Shown: piece by piece, positions 63,409 through 64,000 of the stretch
How the letters are laid out: every line of letters starts with the position of its first letter
Position numbering within the stretch: position 1 is the stretch's first letter
The notes under the pieces: generated by a model
The model's database searches: none
What the model saw: only the letters and a program-made list of their open reading frames with translations
Told to the model about the DNA's origin: nothing
Translations under genes and position numbers: made by a program
Assembly: GCA_051884915.1 (NCBI GenBank)
Contig: JBJEWF010000022.1
Location: 13,628-77,627 of the forward strand
Source: Kiritimatiellia bacterium
GTDB taxonomy: Bacteria > Verrucomicrobiota > Kiritimatiellia > RFP12 > UBA1067
Direction: 5' to 3'
Length of the DNA stretch: 64,000 bases

Positions 63409-64000
63409 GTCCCCGGGATTTCACCAGCGAGACCCTGATTCGCTGGGGCGGGGCGGACGTTTTCAACCAGGCGCTCGTTGCCGCGAAGAAGGGAAGCGTG
63501 TTCAAGGCCGACTGGGACGACGCCGCGCACGCGGCCACGGGCGAATTCTGCCTGCCGACCGGCATCGTCATGAAAACGGGCTTCACGCTGGAGGCGGATG
63601 GCTATGTCAAGTCGCATTGCCCGTGCCGGCTGAACCAGCAGGGCGGACTCATCTGCCATCACGTCGTCGCCATCGCCCTCTACCTGATGTGCCGGATGAC
63701 GGATCCGGAGGCCGAGGAGAAATACCAGGCCGAACAGCGCGCGGCGCGGCGCGCGGCGAACGTCGACCCCGGCGCCTACATCCGGCGTTCGCCACGCGGC
63801 GTGCCGATGCGGATGAATTTCAGCTGGGGGGAGAATTTCTTCGCGGAGTTCTACGGCGGCGGGGTCAGGGCGCACCTCGTCTTCGTCGACGCCCAGGGGG
63901 TGCGCTACCGCCCGGAGGATCCGCGGCTCCGCGCCGGCGCGGGCATCCGGATTTCGGACAAGGCCGAGAATCTGCTGAGCGTCCTGGAAGACGTTTGCGA
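63405..64000 (+). CDS. SWIM zinc-finger protein, probable N-terminus of a SNF2-type helicase (3' end outside window)
   Basis: ATGA overlap with the tatD stop and open to the window end (198 codons). CPCRLNQQGGLICHH is a CxC-x10-CxH SWIM motif. Absent from the ORF track because no stop lies in the window. Confidence 0.7.
   Translation, partial: MSPRDFTSETLIRWGGADVFNQALVAAKKGSVFKADWDDAAHAATGEFCLPTGIVMKTGFTLEADGYVKSHCPCRLNQQGGLICHHVVAIALYLMCRMTDPEAEEKYQAEQRAARRAANVDPGAYIRRSPRGVPMRMNFSWGENFFAEFYGGGVRAHLVFVDAQGVRYRPEDPRLRAGAGIRISDKAENLLSVLEDVC

Overview
High-GC bacterial chromosomal segment (roughly two-thirds G+C by eye, not computed). It is very densely packed: I support 48 protein genes, 47 on the + strand, plus one tRNA-Glu(UUC) and one outer-membrane beta-barrel gene on the - strand. 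Most content is housekeeping: ccsA fragment, DD-carboxypeptidase, murG, mnmA, fba, ispF, hisD, nagA, thiF/thiD, recC-recB-recD, dprA-topA-xerC, nadE, asd, smc, apt, guaA and an rlmD-like gene. Interleaved are secreted glycoside hydrolases (GH5, GH2, a beta-propeller GH), an 849-aa surface protein with autotransporter-associated beta-strand repeats, and an envelope cluster. The gene mix suggests a PVC-type diderm (Lentisphaerota/Kiritimatiellota/Verrucomicrobiota-like); this is a low-confidence inference from content only. I found no CRISPR array, transposase, prophage or cas genes. Many long ORFs in the six-frame track are antisense shadow ORFs typical of high-GC DNA and are rejected. Observations worth a second look: (1) a leaderless, fully overlapped six-gene operon (48.8-56.4 kb) joining a PilM/N-PilO-like pair and a secretin with a long charged C-terminal tail to a STAS-MlaE/MlaF/MlaD ABC system, with no ATPase, platform or pilin genes nearby. 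(2) The only large non-coding island (16.26-17.20 kb) is AT-rich. It carries five modules of a 9-bp tandem repeat in both orientations and a near-consensus - strand promoter that shares its extended -10 (TGGTAGACT) with the tRNA-Glu promoter and drives an unannotated ~150-nt transcript or 35-codon hydrophobic ORF. (3) A recurrent extended -10 motif TGnTAnAnT sits in intergenic spacers, four times so close to the ATG that the mRNAs should be leaderless. (4) TopA has a cysteine-free C-terminus built from an internally duplicated ~55-aa module. Nothing here is proven novel; each claim needs the database or transcript checks listed.
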